Origin: an uncultured Pseudomonadota bacterium
GTDB taxonomy: Bacteria; Desulfobacterota; Binatia; Binatales; Binataceae
Length of the DNA stretch: 64,000 nt
NCBI GenBank assembly: GCA_963805995.1
Contig: CAWDWL010000031.1
Coordinates: 4,663 to 68,662, forward strand
Direction of reading: 5' to 3'
Of the stretch, positions 9,970 to 20,700 are shown in pieces; position 1 is the stretch's first letter; every line of letters starts with the position of its first letter. A program made the translations under genes and the position numbers. Under the pieces are notes generated by a model that saw only the letters and a list, made by a program, of their open reading frames with translations, was not told where the DNA came from and did not search any database.

Positions 9970-10356
9970 ATGAACCTCAAGAGGTCAGTTGTGCCAAAGT
10001 TTCCTTCTCCGACCGGCCAGGATTTCCTGCGCGTCTTTGACGAACTCTTCGATGAGTTGTTGATTGACCCCTGGCAGGTTCCGGCCAGCGAGCAGGAACC
10101 GGCGGTGGTGCTCGAACGCAGCAACGCCTACGAGGTTCGCCTGTCCACCGGCCCGTTCAAGCCCTCCGACGTGGAACTGGTGGTCAGTGAGCACCGCTTG
10201 ACGGCGCGCGCGCGCCGCGGCGACAACCTGTGGGAACGTTCGCTGACCTTCACGGATGCGATCGCAACGGAAAAGGTTACCGCCAAGTGGGCTAACCGGA
10301 TTCTAACGGTCTTGCTGCCAAAACAACCCAAGCGGCCGCGGTCCCGACGTAAGTAG
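9970..10356 (+). CDS. Hsp20 / alpha-crystallin family small heat-shock protein
   Basis: FDELFDE N-terminus; ERSLTF...EKVTAKWANRILTVLLPK alpha-crystallin C-terminus. Confidence 0.8.
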   Translation: MNLKRSVVPKFPSPTGQDFLRVFDELFDELLIDPWQVPASEQEPAVVLERSNAYEVRLSTGPFKPSDVELVVSEHRLTARARRGDNLWERSLTFTDAIATEKVTAKWANRILTVLLPKQPKRPRSRRK

Positions 10357-10390
10357 CGGCTGTCCAATGCCATGATGATGGGTAACACCG

Positions 10391-12925
10391 ATGCCCGGAC
10401 AAACCGATCCGCCTCCAGAGTCCAAACCCGAATTGCAGACCGCGCCGCCGGCGCCGGAGCTGACCGCCGCCGAATTGCGCGGCCTGGCCCCGGTTTCGCC
10501 CGCCGAGCTCGAACGCGCCGCCGCGATTTCTCATGACGAGGAACTGCTCGGCCAGGAGCGCGTGTTCAGCGCGGTTCGGCTCGCGATTAACATCCAGGCG
10601 CCAGGCTATAACGTTTTCGCCACCGGGGTGCGAGGGTCTGCCGAGCGCGAAGCGATCCTGCGCATCTTGCGCGAGAAGGCGGCGACCATGCCGACTCCGG
10701 GGGACTGGGTTTACGTCAACAATTTCCAAACTCCCGAAGCGCCGATTGCTATCTATCTCAAGCCCGGTCAGGGCCGCGACCTGCGCGATCGGATGGCCGA
10801 GTTGGTCCTCTACGTCAAAGAGCAGCTCCCCAAGGCGTTTCGCCAGGAAGACTTCGATCAGGAGCGCAACGCGTTGCGCGACAAGTACAATAAGCTGGCC
10901 CAGGAGCTGTTCACCAAACTGGAAGCGCGGGCCAAGGAAAAAGGGTTCGCGATCAACGCCGCGCCCAACGGCCAGTTGATCTTCATCCCGATGTTCGACG
11001 GCAAGGTGCCGGATTCGCCTGAAATCATGCAGCACGAGATGGAGCGCCTGAGCGACGAGCAGCGCGCCGATCTGGGCAAGCGCCAGGGCGAGTTGCAGGA
11101 AGAGTTTCTGACCGTGATTCGCCGCCAGCAGGAAATCATGCAGGAGCTGGTCAAGGACATCCGGGCGATCGAGCGCTCCTTCGCCAGCCGCGTCATCACC
11201 CCGGCAGTCGAAGGGCTGGGCCGGCGGTTCGAAAACAGCGCGGTAACCAAATACCTCCAACAGGTCGCGGACCACATGCTGACCCACCTGGATCGGTTCC
11301 GCGAGGCTCCCCCCGAGGGGCAGCAGGCGCCTGGCAATCCGCTCGCGATGATGATGGCCTCACAGACGGGGCCGCGCTTTCCGGAGTACCAGGTCAACCT
11401 GCTGGTCGATAACTCCGAGCGCCACGGCGCGCCGGTCATCAGCGAGAACGCGCCCACCTATAGCAACTTGTTCGGCGCCATCGAGCGCTGGGCCGATCCG
11501 ATGGGCCGCACTTCCACCAACTTCACCCGCATCATCGCCGGCTCCTTCCAAAAGGCGCATCAAGGCTTCCTGGTGATCGATCTTGAAGATGCGATCGTTG
11601 AGCCCGGGGTCTGGAAGACTCTCAAGCGCAGCCTCAAAACGGGCTTCATGACGATCGAAACCTTCGAGCCCTATCAATTCTTCTTCAGCAGCGGGCTCAA
11701 GCCCGAACCAATCGAGATTCGCAACAAGGTGGTGGTTCTGGGCACTCGCTACCTCTACAATCTGCTTTACTTTAACGACACGGACTTCCCCGAATTGTTC
11801 AAGATCAAGGCCGAGATTCGGCCCGTGATCGACGCCAAAGACGACGCCGTAAGACATTACGCGGCGCGAGTGGCATGGCTGGTCCGCAACGAAAGCCTCC
11901 CGCCCTTTGATGGCGCCGCCCTGGCCCGTATCGTCGAGTTCGGGATGCGTCTGGCCGGGGAACGCGGCCGGGTGCTGACCCTGATGGAGCCCATTGACGA
12001 CCTGGCGCGGGAGTCCGCCTACTTCGCGCGCGCCGAAGGCGCCAATGAGGTCACCGCGCATCATGTCGAACGGGCGCTGGCCGAGCGCATCCTGCGGCTT
12101 AACTACGTCGAGGAGGAATTGCGCCGCCTGATCACCGAGCGCGTCATTATCGTCGATCTGAAAGGCTCCAAGGTCGGCCAGATCAACGGCCTGGCGGTGA
12201 TCGACGTGGGCGGCTACGCATTTGGACGTCCGTCGCGGGTTACCGCCACCGTGGCGTTGGGCCTGTCCGGCATTATCAATATAGAGCGCGAGGCCCGGCT
12301 TTCCGGATCGACCCACGACAAGGGCATCATGATTCTGTCCGGATTTCTGCGCAATCGTTTCGGCCAGGAGTTTCCAGTCGCGATGAGCGCGAGCATCTGC
12401 TTTGAGCAATCCTATTCCGGAATCGACGGCGACAGCGCCAGTTCAACCGAACTTTACGCGTTGCTCTCGGCCGTGAGCGGGGTGCCCATCCGGCAGGACC
12501 TGGCGGTCACCGGATCGGTCGATCAATACGGCAACGTGCAGGCGATCGGCGGCGCCAACGAAAAGGTCGAAAGCTTCTACTGGTTGTGCAAGGTGGTTGG
12601 ATTGACCGGTACCCAGGGCGTGATGGTGCCGCGCGCCAACATCAACAACCTGGTGCTTCAGGCCGAAGTGGCGGCGGCGGTGCAGCGCGGGGAGTTTCAC
12701 ATCTATCCGATCGATCACATCGACCACGGCATCGAACTCCTGACCGGGATCAAGGCGGGCACGATCACGGAGCCTGGGACGATCAACTACCTGGTCCATC
12801 AGCGGCTCAAGAAGATGGCGGAGCACACGCGTGGGGCACCCGGCGGAGAAATGCGATTTATTGCGGAACAGGCCAGTCCATCCAAGCCACCCGCCCCTCC
12901 CGAGCCCCCGAATCCGCCGCGCTAG
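10391..12925 (+). CDS. Lon-like protease (S16; LonC/YcbZ-type with coiled-coil insert)
   Basis: GQER, DWVYVNNF, coiled-coil insert, VGQINGL, PSRVTA, GIDGDSASSTE (catalytic Ser) and downstream EKVESF (Lys). Confidence 0.9.
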   Translation: MPGQTDPPPESKPELQTAPPAPELTAAELRGLAPVSPAELERAAAISHDEELLGQERVFSAVRLAINIQAPGYNVFATGVRGSAEREAILRILREKAATMPTPGDWVYVNNFQTPEAPIAIYLKPGQGRDLRDRMAELVLYVKEQLPKAFRQEDFDQERNALRDKYNKLAQELFTKLEARAKEKGFAINAAPNGQLIFIPMFDGKVPDSPEIMQHEMERLSDEQRADLGKRQGELQEEFLTVIRRQQEIMQELVKDIRAIERSFASRVITPAVEGLGRRFENSAVTKYLQQVADHMLTHLDRFREAPPEGQQAPGNPLAMMMASQTGPRFPEYQVNLLVDNSERHGAPVISENAPTYSNLFGAIERWADPMGRTSTNFTRIIAGSFQKAHQGFLVIDLEDAIVEPGVWKTLKRSLKTGFMTIETFEPYQFFFSSGLKPEPIEIRNKVVVLGTRYLYNLLYFNDTDFPELFKIKAEIRPVIDAKDDAVRHYAARVAWLVRNESLPPFDGAALARIVEFGMRLAGERGRVLTLMEPIDDLARESAYFARAEGANEVTAHHVERALAERILRLNYVEEELRRLITERVIIVDLKGSKVGQINGLAVIDVGGYAFGRPSRVTATVALGLSGIINIEREARLSGSTHDKGIMILSGFLRNRFGQEFPVAMSASICFEQSYSGIDGDSASSTELYALLSAVSGVPIRQDLAVTGSVDQYGNVQAIGGANEKVESFYWLCKVVGLTGTQGVMVPRANINNLVLQAEVAAAVQRGEFHIYPIDHIDHGIELLTGIKAGTITEPGTINYLVHQRLKKMAEHTRGAPGGEMRFIAEQASPSKPPAPPEPPNPPR

Positions 12926-13272
12926 CCGCGGCGCGGAAGCGACCGTCGTCGCGGGGTTCTCACATCCCGCGCTCCGCGTGAGAGCGTCGAAAAATGGGCT
13001 CGTGCAGTGCGGTGCAGCCGCATTCTCACGAAGGCTTGGGTACCCTGCCTTTGTCCGGGCCGGTCGATAATCTCCAGAAACCTCACCATATCCCACAGTA
13101 TTGGAGGCGGTCGGGAGATGTCCAAAGATAAGCGCGTCCGCGCCTGCGGCTACGGTCCGCCGGCGCACGCCGGGAGCGCTGCCAGCCACAGTTGAAAGAC
13201 GGTTGCAAAAATCACTCAAAAACGATCGTCGTTCTTGACTTGATGTGCGCTGGCAGTCATAGCTGGTTCGCG

Positions 13273-13899
13273 ATGGTTGGCGGGGCACGTTGGATTCTGA
13301 TTGGGACCGCGATGATGCTGGTTGCGGGCGCACTATCATGGAGTTGCGGCGGCGGCGGCAGCAACAATTGCGTGGTTAATAATTCCGGCCTTCCCATCAA
13401 TTTCTGCGGGGCGCCCAGCACCCCGGGTCCAGCCCTCCTGAGCATCGCAATTTGTCCGGGGCCGCCACCTACGCCGACGCCATTCAACACTTCCACCGCT
13501 ACCCCAATCGCCACCGCGACGGAGGTGATCTGTCCATCCCCGGTCTCGACCGCGGTGATTGAAGGAGGTACGGCGTTTTTTCACGCGATTGGAATCTACA
13601 ACAACGCCTCCACTCAGGACCTTACCAACAGCGCATCGACCACCTGGATCACTGACGATGTTGCCGTAGCGATACCGAATTCGACCCCGGCGGGCAGCTA
13701 TTTTGCGATCGGCGCCGGCAGCGCCATGATCAATGCGGTTTCCGGCGGAGTTTCAGGATCGGGAGCTATGCTCGCGGTCACGCCGACTACGACGCCGGCC
13801 ATTACGGCGACCGCCACCCCAGCGGCCACGCCAACTCCCCCAGGTGGCACCGCGGCCGACGCACCATACTCCGACTGGTCGCAGGACCAACAACCATAG
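13273..13899 (+). CDS. Putative lipoprotein with Ig-like (Big-like) domain and Pro/Thr-rich linkers
   Basis: Hydrophobic signal ending LSWS-C-GGGG; FHAIGIYNNASTQDLT...TW Ig-like pattern. Start uncertain. Confidence 0.65.
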   Translation: MVGGARWILIGTAMMLVAGALSWSCGGGGSNNCVVNNSGLPINFCGAPSTPGPALLSIAICPGPPPTPTPFNTSTATPIATATEVICPSPVSTAVIEGGTAFFHAIGIYNNASTQDLTNSASTTWITDDVAVAIPNSTPAGSYFAIGAGSAMINAVSGGVSGSGAMLAVTPTTTPAITATATPAATPTPPGGTAADAPYSDWSQDQQP

Positions 13900-14008
13900 G
13901 CTCATCGCAGGTTCCCGGGCACGTGACTTCAGGATGCGGGCGCTTGAGTGTAACCTTGGACCCTCTTGATCATTGACCTTGCTGCTCGAATAGGCAGCAT
14001 ATGAACTT

Positions 14009-14509
14009 ATGAACGCCATCGACATCATTCGCCGCCGCCTTAAAGAGGATCGCATCCCCGAAACGCCAGAAGATGTGGGAAGGAAGAAGAAGCGTCCGCG
14101 TGAAGTCGCCTTTATGGACGTCAACCTGTGCTTTCCGTGCGGCAAATGCCCGGAGTTCTGTCCCGTGCAATGTATCGAATACCTGCAGCCTGGCAGTGTG
14201 CCGGGACGGGGAGTTCAACCGGTTCAGGACCGTTTCCAGGAGTGTATCGGATGCTACATCTGCGTTGAGGTCTGCGCGTTGCTGACCGATTACGATGCGG
14301 TCCGGATGTATGACACCGACCTGGTCGAGAAGGTGCTCAATGTCAAAATCGGCGATACGGCTCCCCCTGAGCCGATTCCGGCCGAGCCTTACGAGGAGTA
14401 TTTTTCGGAGGGCGGACTTTATCGCCAAGTCGGCAAAGGTTCGCGAATCCGCGAGAAGATGACCGCCGAAGAGCGCGCCATCTTCGCCCGCGAGCGGGTC
14501 AAAGGCTAG
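14009..14509 (+). CDS. 2x[4Fe-4S] dicluster ferredoxin-like protein
   Basis: CFPCGKCPEFCP and CIGCYICVEVC motifs. Confidence 0.85.
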   Translation: MNAIDIIRRRLKEDRIPETPEDVGRKKKRPREVAFMDVNLCFPCGKCPEFCPVQCIEYLQPGSVPGRGVQPVQDRFQECIGCYICVEVCALLTDYDAVRMYDTDLVEKVLNVKIGDTAPPEPIPAEPYEEYFSEGGLYRQVGKGSRIREKMTAEERAIFARERVKG

Positions 14510-14676
14510 GCGCGAGACCGGGTTAAAGCCGAAGTATTTTTCCGGCAGCGGTGCCAAGCCGGCGATCGTGGCAGAACGTTGTTTGTCTGTGGGCTGATAG
14601 CTTGTGGATGCCTCTGTTTGAGCGGTTTGACTACACCTCCTGACGCTTATACCTTCTTAGATGCCCGGACTAACAT

Positions 14677-15297
14677 ATGGAAAAACAAGCGCGGCGGGCG
14701 CAGGTACTGCGGCATGCCAAACGGATTTTCGCGCGTAAGGGTTATCATCGAACCAATGTCGCCGATATCATCAGCCGCGCTCGCATAGCACGAGGCACGT
14801 TCTATCTCTACTTCGAGAACAAGAAAGACCTTTTCGAGGAACTGCTCGAACAAGTGGTGCGTGAGTTGGCGCATCGGATTCAACGCATTCGCTTGGGGCC
14901 CGGCGAGCCCGATCCCGCGGAACAATTGCGGGAAAATCTGCGCCGGGTAATGTATTTTGTGCTTAACGAGCGCGACCTCACCAACATCTTGCTCAGCCAT
15001 GCGCTGGGCTTCGACCCGGAGCTCGACGAGCGCATCCAGAGCTTTTACGATCGCGTGGCGGCGCAAATTCAGCGCTCGCTCGATTTAGGTATCACGATGG
15101 GCCTGGTGCGTGAATGCGACACGCGCACGACGGCCTATTGCATCCTGGGCGGAGTGAAAGAGACCATTGCCCAGCTATCGCGCCACGCGCCCCCCGATAT
15201 CGACCGCCTGGTTGAAGAAATCCTGCGTTTTGGACTGAGCGGAGTGGCGCGGCCGGAGCTACTGGAGACGCTGCGCGCCAGCGTGATCCCAGCATAA
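14677..15297 (+). CDS. TetR/AcrR family transcriptional regulator
   Basis: AKRIFARKGYHRTNVADIISRARIARGTFYLYFENKKDLF HTH. Confidence 0.93.
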   Translation: MEKQARRAQVLRHAKRIFARKGYHRTNVADIISRARIARGTFYLYFENKKDLFEELLEQVVRELAHRIQRIRLGPGEPDPAEQLRENLRRVMYFVLNERDLTNILLSHALGFDPELDERIQSFYDRVAAQIQRSLDLGITMGLVRECDTRTTAYCILGGVKETIAQLSRHAPPDIDRLVEEILRFGLSGVARPELLETLRASVIPA

Positions 15298-15325
15298 GAG
15301 GAGACGCTTTTTTTTCGCGTAACTA

Positions 15326-15341
15326 GACTGACATGTCAGTC
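15326..15341. promoter_or_regulatory. Perfect 16-bp palindrome GACTGACATGTCAGTC, candidate TetR operator
   Basis: Exact inverted repeat containing the ATG (15333) of the HAD gene, immediately downstream of tetR. Confidence 0.65.
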
Positions 15342-16064
15342 CAAAATGGCAATTCCCATCGCGCCGCTGCGTTCTACGATCTGGACGGCACTTTGGTGGA
15401 CGTTAACCTCCTCCACGCCACCGCCTACATGCTGGCTAACGTCGGCGAATGGAAGGGGCGATTTACCCACCTGGCCACCCTGGCGTTGAGGCTGCCGCGA
15501 ATTTACGCCGCCGAACGCCATGATCGGCGTCTGCTTAACGTGACCATGTTCGAGGTCTTCAAGGGCATCTCGCGCGACCGCCTGATGGTGCTGGGCGAGG
15601 AGTACTGCGAGCGGGTGCTGATGAATCGGTTTTATGCTCAGGCCCTGGACCTGCTCGAAGGGAACCGGGCGGCGGGGCTCAAGCCGGTTCTGGTCACCGG
15701 ATCGCCCGATTTCGTCGTCGCCGCGCTCGCGCGCCGCCTGGGCGTCGAAGTCTTTGCGGCCAACCGCCTGGCCTTCAGCCGCAATCTGGCCAGCGGGCGG
15801 CTGCGTGAACCGATCATGGCCGGCGAGGAGAAGGCCCGCTGGTGCGAAGAGTATGCCGGCGGCCAGGGTCTGCGCCTTAAGGACTGCTGGGGGTACGCCG
15901 ACTCTTACTACGATTTGCCCTTTCTGACCGCGCTGGGTCATCCGGTGGCGGTCAATCCGGACCGCCGGCTCGAGGCCACGGCGCGCGACCGCCAATGGCC
16001 AATCATCCGCTTTGCCGGTGTCCGGGCGGCCGCGACCGCGCGGCGGTATGATGGAGAATCTTAA
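15333..16064 (+). CDS. HAD-IB family hydrolase (lipid phosphatase-like)
   Basis: FYDLDGTL motif I, LVTGS motif II, K, and YADSYYDLPFL motif IV, followed by PVAVNPD. Confidence 0.9.
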   Translation: MSVQNGNSHRAAAFYDLDGTLVDVNLLHATAYMLANVGEWKGRFTHLATLALRLPRIYAAERHDRRLLNVTMFEVFKGISRDRLMVLGEEYCERVLMNRFYAQALDLLEGNRAAGLKPVLVTGSPDFVVAALARRLGVEVFAANRLAFSRNLASGRLREPIMAGEEKARWCEEYAGGQGLRLKDCWGYADSYYDLPFLTALGHPVAVNPDRRLEATARDRQWPIIRFAGVRAAATARRYDGES

Positions 16065-17704
16065 TGGCGCAAGCCGAACGCAAACTTAAAGAACTCAAGA
16101 CCGCCGCCCTGAAGCATGAGATCGGGGCGCGCCGCGACCTGGTGGTGACGCTTAATACCCGCTCGCAGCCGCGCCTGATTTCTTACGGCGATGATTTCCT
16201 GCTGGCCAAGCTGCCGCCGGGAACGCGGGTGATCTACCCGCCGCCGCCGCTTGACGCGCTGCCCGATCCAGACGTAGCAATTCGCTACGCGCTGTTGCAT
16301 CCCGAAAACGCCGACCCGCTCTTCGCGCAGCTCAACCCCAACATGCGCGTCACCATCGCGCTTGACGACATCAGCCTGCCGCTGCCGCAGATGCAGCGCC
16401 CCGACTTGCGCGAGCGGATGCTTAACGTGGTGTTGCAGACGCTGGCCGATTATGGCGTTGACGACGTTCACCTGATAGTCGCCAATTCGCTGCATCGCCG
16501 CATGACCGAAAATGAGATTCGCCGGATGGTGGGCGAGCGGGCGTTTAAAGCTTACTGGCCCGACCGGTTGTACAATTTCGACGCCGAGAACCGCGCCGAA
16601 GTGGTGATGCTGGGCAAGACCGACCACAACGAGGAAGTGTGGCTCAGCAAGCGCGCGGCCGAGTCGGACCTGTTGCTCTATCTCAACATCAACCTGGTGC
16701 CGATGGACGGCGGGCACAAGTCGGTGGCGGTGGGGCTGGCCCCGTATCAGAGCCTGCGCCACCATCATAATCCCGCCACCTTGCGCGAGAGCAATTCCTA
16801 CATGGATCCGACCCGCTCGGGGCTGCATCGCAGCGCCGACCGCATGGGGAAAATCGTCAATCGCAACGTCAACATCTTTACCATCGAGACCGCGATCAAC
16901 AACCGCATGTACGGCGGGATGCTGGATTTCCTGCACAAAAACGAGGACCGCTTCAGCGACTGGGACCGGGTGCGCATGAACACCTTCAAGTGGACCCTGG
17001 GCAACCTTTCCGATGGGATGCGGCGCGAAGCGCTGCGCCGCTATTCCTCGCCCTTCGGCATGACCGGGGTGTGGGCGGGCGAAACCGAAGCGGTGCATCA
17101 GAAGGCGCTGGCGCGGGTATTCCAGCAGTACGCGGTTCCGGTCAAGGGCCAGAGCGACATCTTAATCGTGGGCGTGCCCTTCATCTGCCCCTACAACGTC
17201 AATTCGATCATGAATCCGGTGCTGGTCCAGTGCACCGGGCTGGGCTACCTGTTCAACATGTACCGCAACAAGCCGCTGGTGCGGCCGGGCGGTACGTTAA
17301 TCATCTGTCATCCGCTGCGCGACGAATTCCATCCCGAGCATCATCCGAGCTACGTGGAATTCTTTCACCGGTGCCTGGCCGAGACTACCGACGCCGTGGA
17401 GCTGGAAAAGAGCTTCGAAGCGGAATTCGCGCGCAATCCGACCTATATCCACATGTATCGCTACGGCCATGCGTACCACGGGGTGCATCCGTTCTACATG
17501 TGGTATTGGGGCGAGCCCGGCCGCCAGCACGTGGGCCGGATAATCGCGGCGGGATGCGAGGAGCCGGAGGTGGCGGCGCGGCTGGGTTGGGAAGCGGCCG
17601 ACACCCTGGATCAGGCGATCGCGATGGCGACCTCCGATCTGGGCCGCTCGGCCTCCATCACCTACCTGCATCTGCCGCCATTGGTAATTGCCGATGTCGA
17701 ATAA
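16064..17704 (+). CDS. Lactate racemase (LarA / DUF2088) domain protein
   Basis: VTIALDDISLP, IVANSLHRRMT and MDGGHKS match the LarA N-terminal domain pattern. Translationally coupled (TAATG) to the HAD gene. Confidence 0.8.
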   Translation: MAQAERKLKELKTAALKHEIGARRDLVVTLNTRSQPRLISYGDDFLLAKLPPGTRVIYPPPPLDALPDPDVAIRYALLHPENADPLFAQLNPNMRVTIALDDISLPLPQMQRPDLRERMLNVVLQTLADYGVDDVHLIVANSLHRRMTENEIRRMVGERAFKAYWPDRLYNFDAENRAEVVMLGKTDHNEEVWLSKRAAESDLLLYLNINLVPMDGGHKSVAVGLAPYQSLRHHHNPATLRESNSYMDPTRSGLHRSADRMGKIVNRNVNIFTIETAINNRMYGGMLDFLHKNEDRFSDWDRVRMNTFKWTLGNLSDGMRREALRRYSSPFGMTGVWAGETEAVHQKALARVFQQYAVPVKGQSDILIVGVPFICPYNVNSIMNPVLVQCTGLGYLFNMYRNKPLVRPGGTLIICHPLRDEFHPEHHPSYVEFFHRCLAETTDAVELEKSFEAEFARNPTYIHMYRYGHAYHGVHPFYMWYWGEPGRQHVGRIIAAGCEEPEVAARLGWEAADTLDQAIAMATSDLGRSASITYLHLPPLVIADVE

Positions 17705-20700
17705 CGGGAATTCGCAACCTGCCGCCGCGCGCGGCGGCAAGAGCATGCCCACGCTGGAGCGTGCGCTGACCGGCCGGCGTATCCTGCTGACCGGCGCGAC
17801 CGGCTTTTTGGGCAAGACCTTTCTCTACGTGCTGCTGCGCCATCATCCGGAGATCGAGCGCATCTATCTGCTGATCCGCGGCGACCGGCGTTCCAGCCAG
17901 AACCGCTATCAGCGCGAAGTGGTGGATTCTCCGGCCCTGGAGCCGCTGCGCACCGAGATGGGCGCGCGCTACGAGCGCTACCTGGAAGATCGCATCGTGG
18001 TGGTACCCGGAGACATTTCCGAAGAAGGGCTGCTGGCGGAAGGGGTCGAGCCGTTCAAGCGCGGCCAGATCGACGCGGTGGTGCATTGCGCGGGGCTGGT
18101 CAACTTCGAGGCCTCGCTGGAAAAGGCGCTGGTCGCCAACACCCTGGGCGTCGCCAACGTGATCGAGTTCTGCCGCAAGTTGGACGCCAAACTGCTCCAC
18201 ATCTCCACCTGTTACGCGGCGGGCAGCGCCGACGGCCATCGTTACGAAGAAGATATACCGATCGATTGGTGCCCCGACGATCGCCAGACCCACTTCAACG
18301 TGCAGCGCGAGATTCGCGACGCCCGCGCCGCGATCGACCGGATCGAGGCCGCTTCGCGCGAGCAGGCCAACTACGCCGAGTTCCGCGACAGCCACAACGA
18401 CGGCGATCAGCGCGAAGGCCTGAGCGAAGGCCGGCGCAAGCAATGGGTTGAGGACCAGCTCAAGAAGGATGGGCTCGCGCGCGCGGAGCGCTGGGGATGG
18501 CCCAACAGTTACAGCTACACCAAGAGCATGGGCGAACAACTGGTGCTGGCGGCCCGCGGTGAGCTGGAGGTGACGGTGGTGCGGCCGGCGGTGATCGAGA
18601 GCGCGATCACCGATCCTTTTCCGGGCTGGAACCAGGGCGTCAACACCAGCGCGCCGCTCACCTGGTTGTCCGGCGAGGGCTTCCGCTTCTATCCCGCGCG
18701 TCCCGATCTGGTGCTGGATGTGATTCCGGTCGATATGGTGGCCCATCCGATGGTGCCGATTCTGGCCGCCTTGCTACTCGGCCGGCAGGAGCCCATCTAC
18801 CAGCTCGGCAGCTCGGATTGTAACCCGCTTACCATGAAACGGCTGGTCGAACTGTGTGGACTGGCCAATCGCGAGTATCAGCGTCACGGCCGCGGCACCT
18901 TGGGCAAGCTGGCGCCGCATCTGGAAGCGATCGTGGTTTCCAAGCAAACCTACGATTTCGCCAGTCTGACCGCTCCGCAGTTCATCAAGCAGGCGGTAGA
19001 TTTTGCCAAGACCGCGGCCAAGATCGATTCCGCGCGCACCCGCCGCTTCGACGATCGGCTGGACAAGCTGCTGGATCAGATCGAAATCGCCAGGTCGCTG
19101 GTCAACGTTTACCTGCCTTACATCCGGGACCTGGTCTACACTTTTCATTGCCGCAACATCCGCGCGCTTTACGCGCGGCTGGGCGCCGCCGACGCGCGCA
19201 AGCATCCGTTCGCGCCCGAGAAGATCGACTGGCGCGACTACTGGATCAACGTGCACGTTCCCGGATTGCGCAAAGAAATTTTCCCGCAACTGGATTTGCA
19301 CACTCGCGGGCGGGTGCGGGCGGCGCGCCGCCATCGCAACCTGATCGAATTGCTCGAGACGGCGGCCGGCAAATACGGTTCGCGCACCGCGCTGACGGCG
19401 CATTATCAGTCCGGTGAGCACGCCTCGCTCACCTACCGGGAAGTGCGCGACCGCGCGGCGCGGGCCGCGCTGATGCTGGCCAATCGCGGGGTGCGGCCGG
19501 GCGATCGGGTGCTGCTGATCGGCGAGAACTCGCCCGACTGGGCAGTGGCTTTCTTCTCGATCCTTTACGCGGGCGCAGTCGCCGTGCCGCTCGATCAGCA
19601 GGTCTCACCCGATGAGTTGAGTCCGATCTGCAGAATCGCCGAGCCGCGGGCCGCCCTGCTTTCCGAAGCGGTCCATCGCCGGCTCTCCAAGACCATCGCG
19701 GAGATGCCCGGTGACATCGTCCAGCTCGAGTTCGACGAACTGGCCCGTCCATTTCTGATGCGCGGCGGGGCGGCGGCCAAACCCGAGATCGACCGCAAGG
19801 CCCTGGCGGCAATTTTCTTTACCTCTGGCAGCACCGGAGCGCCCAAGGGCGTGATGCTGACTCACGGCAATCTGACCGCCGAGGTATCGATGCTCTCGCG
19901 CGTCTTCGTGCTCAACGAAGACGAGGTGGTGCTTTCCCTGCTGCCGTTGCATCACACCTTCGAATTCACCTGCGGGATGCTGCTGCCGCTGTCGAGCGGA
20001 TCGAAGATCGTACATCCAATTGGCGTGGACGCCGCCAACCTGTCCAGTACGCTGGCACAGGTGCGACCGACCGCGCTGATCGGCGTGCCCGCGCTGTGGC
20101 ACGCAATTCATCGCCGCATCCTGGACGAGGTCGAGTCGCGCGGCGCGCTGGTGCATTCGGTTTTCGACGGCTTGCGCGATCTCAACCGCAAGCTGGCAAC
20201 GGATTTGGGTCTCAACCTGGGCCGGCTGCTGTTCCGCGCCGCCCATCAGGCGTTGGGCGGGCGCTTGCGGCTGGCGGTCAGCGGCGGCGCCGCGCTGCCC
20301 GACCGGGTCGCGGAATTCTTCAACGACCTCGGCCTGCATCTGCTCGAAGGTTATGGACTGACTGAAGCCGGGCCGGTGCTGAGCGCGGCGCATCCCGACG
20401 AACCGCTCAATCCGGGTTCGGTCGGCAAACCGCTGGTGGGCATTGAGGTCAAGTTGCAGACCGAGCCCGATGCGGAGGTCGGAGAAATTCTTGCGCGGGG
20501 TCCCAACGTGATGGCCGGATACTATCGCGATCGGGCGGCGACCGACGCCGCGCTCAAGGACGGATGGCTGCACACCGGCGATTTGGGGCGTTTCGACGAT
20601 CAGGGCCGCCTGTATATCGTCGGGCGCGCCAAGGATGTCATCGTCGATGCGGGCGGGAACAACGTCTACATCGAAGAGGTTGAGGAATCCTACAGCCATT

